A stretch of 64,000 bases of DNA, from contig CAIIXF020000001.1 of NCBI GenBank assembly GCA_903813345.2, positions 3,534,001 to 3,598,000 on the forward strand, written 5' to 3'. Below are positions 62,381 through 64,000 of the stretch, one piece after another. Both the position numbers and the translations under genes were made by a program. Positions within the stretch are counted from its first letter, which is position 1. Each line of letters opens with the position of its first letter. A model generated the notes under the pieces. It searched no databases and was not told the origin of the DNA. It saw only the letters and a list, made by a program, of their open reading frames with translations. The DNA is from Owenia fusiformis. Lineage: Eukaryota.

Positions 62381-64000
62381 AACCCCTCCCACCTGATCAT
62401 TCACGTAAACCTGGTGCACACATGGGCATTGAAGGCCAATATGGCTAAAAGCAACATTAGTTTGGTAGACATGGGCAGAGTTGTGTAGGCTACATGCTTC
62501 TCAGTTGTAGATGGTGTACCATTACCTTGGAGATAGCGGGATCACATGGAATCCAGGTAAGCTTAGCCTTCAGGTTAAGTAGACCAAACTTCTCTAACTT
62601 CTACACATTGATACATTGATAGCATTCATGATCTGCTACCTTTAACTTTAACGTTGTATTTCAGTTCCCCAAGAACAGTTGATGGTTTCAGGACATTAAC
62701 CTCTGCGGGAATTGTTTGATTGGATTAATTGCATGAGGTATTCTTAATTTTCTCTGTTTGTACCTTCCCCAAAATTATAGCTTTCAATTTTGGAAAATAA
62801 ATCAATTTGAAAAAATACCGTATCATTTATTTTTAGCAATCCTTATTGTACCTGTATGTTAACATTAAATCCTCTACCAAAGATGGAAGAATTCCTCAAA
62901 AATTTGTCTCTATATATCGGTAGACCCATAGTCCCCTCTATCCCACAATTCTTTTAGTCCCACAGTCCCCTTAGTCCCATAATTCCCAGTGGCCATTGCA
63001 TACTTGGCCTAACCAACTTGGTGAGCAATTCTCACGGAGAGGTGGATAACTCCAAGGAAGTAGCAAAGAATACTGATAGCAGCAAATGTGTGTTACCATG
63101 CATGATGCCTCATATCTCATTAGATAACACAGTGAAACTCTCCTAGAAATATCTCTATGTAACTGACAAGGCAAAAATAACTAGTCATTTAAAGTGAGTG
63201 ATACCACATTTACACCTATCATCATTTGGAATTTGTTGTTGAAATATACAGAAATTGAAGATGTGAAAAGTTTGAGATAAATTATATTGAGTATGTATTG
63301 GTTAAATTCAAAATATTATTTTAAACTATTTCTGGAAATTAACAACTAATTTAGTAATGTGATTTGCACTAACAACTGGTCATTCAATGGGTACAAGCAT
63401 TCTGATTTATCCAACCCTCTCGATACGAATTAGAATAAAAATTTCAAGACTTATGGGACAACCCTCGTATTTAATGCTTGTAGAGTATTGTAGAACTCAA
63501 ACTGTGACAAAGGTATTTTTTAATAAAATCCATATTTAATGTTATTGTAAGAAATAACATGATCAATATCATATCAGTTTTTCATATTTCAACAAGCACA
63601 ATTACAACAGAAAAGAAAGATTTAGCAACGACAGAATGAATGTGCATTGTCCATTATTTTCTTAATGATTAATAAATGAACGAGATATTCACTAATCACT
63701 ATTCACTAATTCATCTGTCACCTGACTCATAAGAGTAACTATTGTCCCCATTTAGACAACCCTTTTGAAGAATTAATTTAGTTCACATAATGTTGCAAAG
63801 ACTCCTCTTACAACAACAACAAAAATCTAAAAACCAAATCGGATTAAGTTGATTAAAGTTGCTTTTGAAAAATGAAATTACAGTGAAAGTGTCACATCAG
63901 AAAATAATACCCACTCTCTATGATGAAATTTCATGATTCACTAAATACGAGGTAATGACATCTTGCATGACATGTCATATTATCTTAACTCAGAACATGA

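Noticed and set aside
56074-64000. Search for the Ror signal-peptide exon or other genes
   Set aside because: No convincing ATG plus hydrophobic leader with a phase-1 donor was seen. The short ORFs look random or derive from tandem repeats, so this is probably a large first intron.

Overview
AT-rich, intron-rich eukaryotic genomic DNA from an invertebrate animal; it looks lophotrochozoan, but the species cannot be determined from sequence alone. I rebuilt five protein-coding genes by hand from GT-AG sites and intron phases. (1) The 5' part of a secreted Reeler-domain gene (minus, runs off the left edge). (2) A complete 20-exon nucleoporin Nup153 (minus, about 1587 aa, five RanBP2-type zinc fingers). 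(3) An unnamed type-I membrane receptor (plus, ~22.1-37.1 kb). Its C-type lectin domain is split by two symmetric phase-1 exons encoding trefoil (P-type)-like modules, followed by a Thr/Ser mucin stalk, one TM helix and a tail dense in Tyr-based signalling motifs. (4) An unrecognised secreted preproprotein nested antisense in that receptor's 8.9-kb intron. (5) A Ror receptor tyrosine kinase (minus, Ig-CRD-Kringle-TM-kinase) whose first exon(s) were not found. Introns and intergenic DNA hold many non-autonomous TIR transposons (DD37D and mariner relics, a 3.4-kb TAG-ended element carrying a 49-bp satellite, MITEs with 5- and 6-bp TSDs) and tandem repeats. The best candidates for something undescribed are the trefoil-in-lectin receptor and its nested secreted gene. 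All gene models are manual and unverified by transcripts or database searches.
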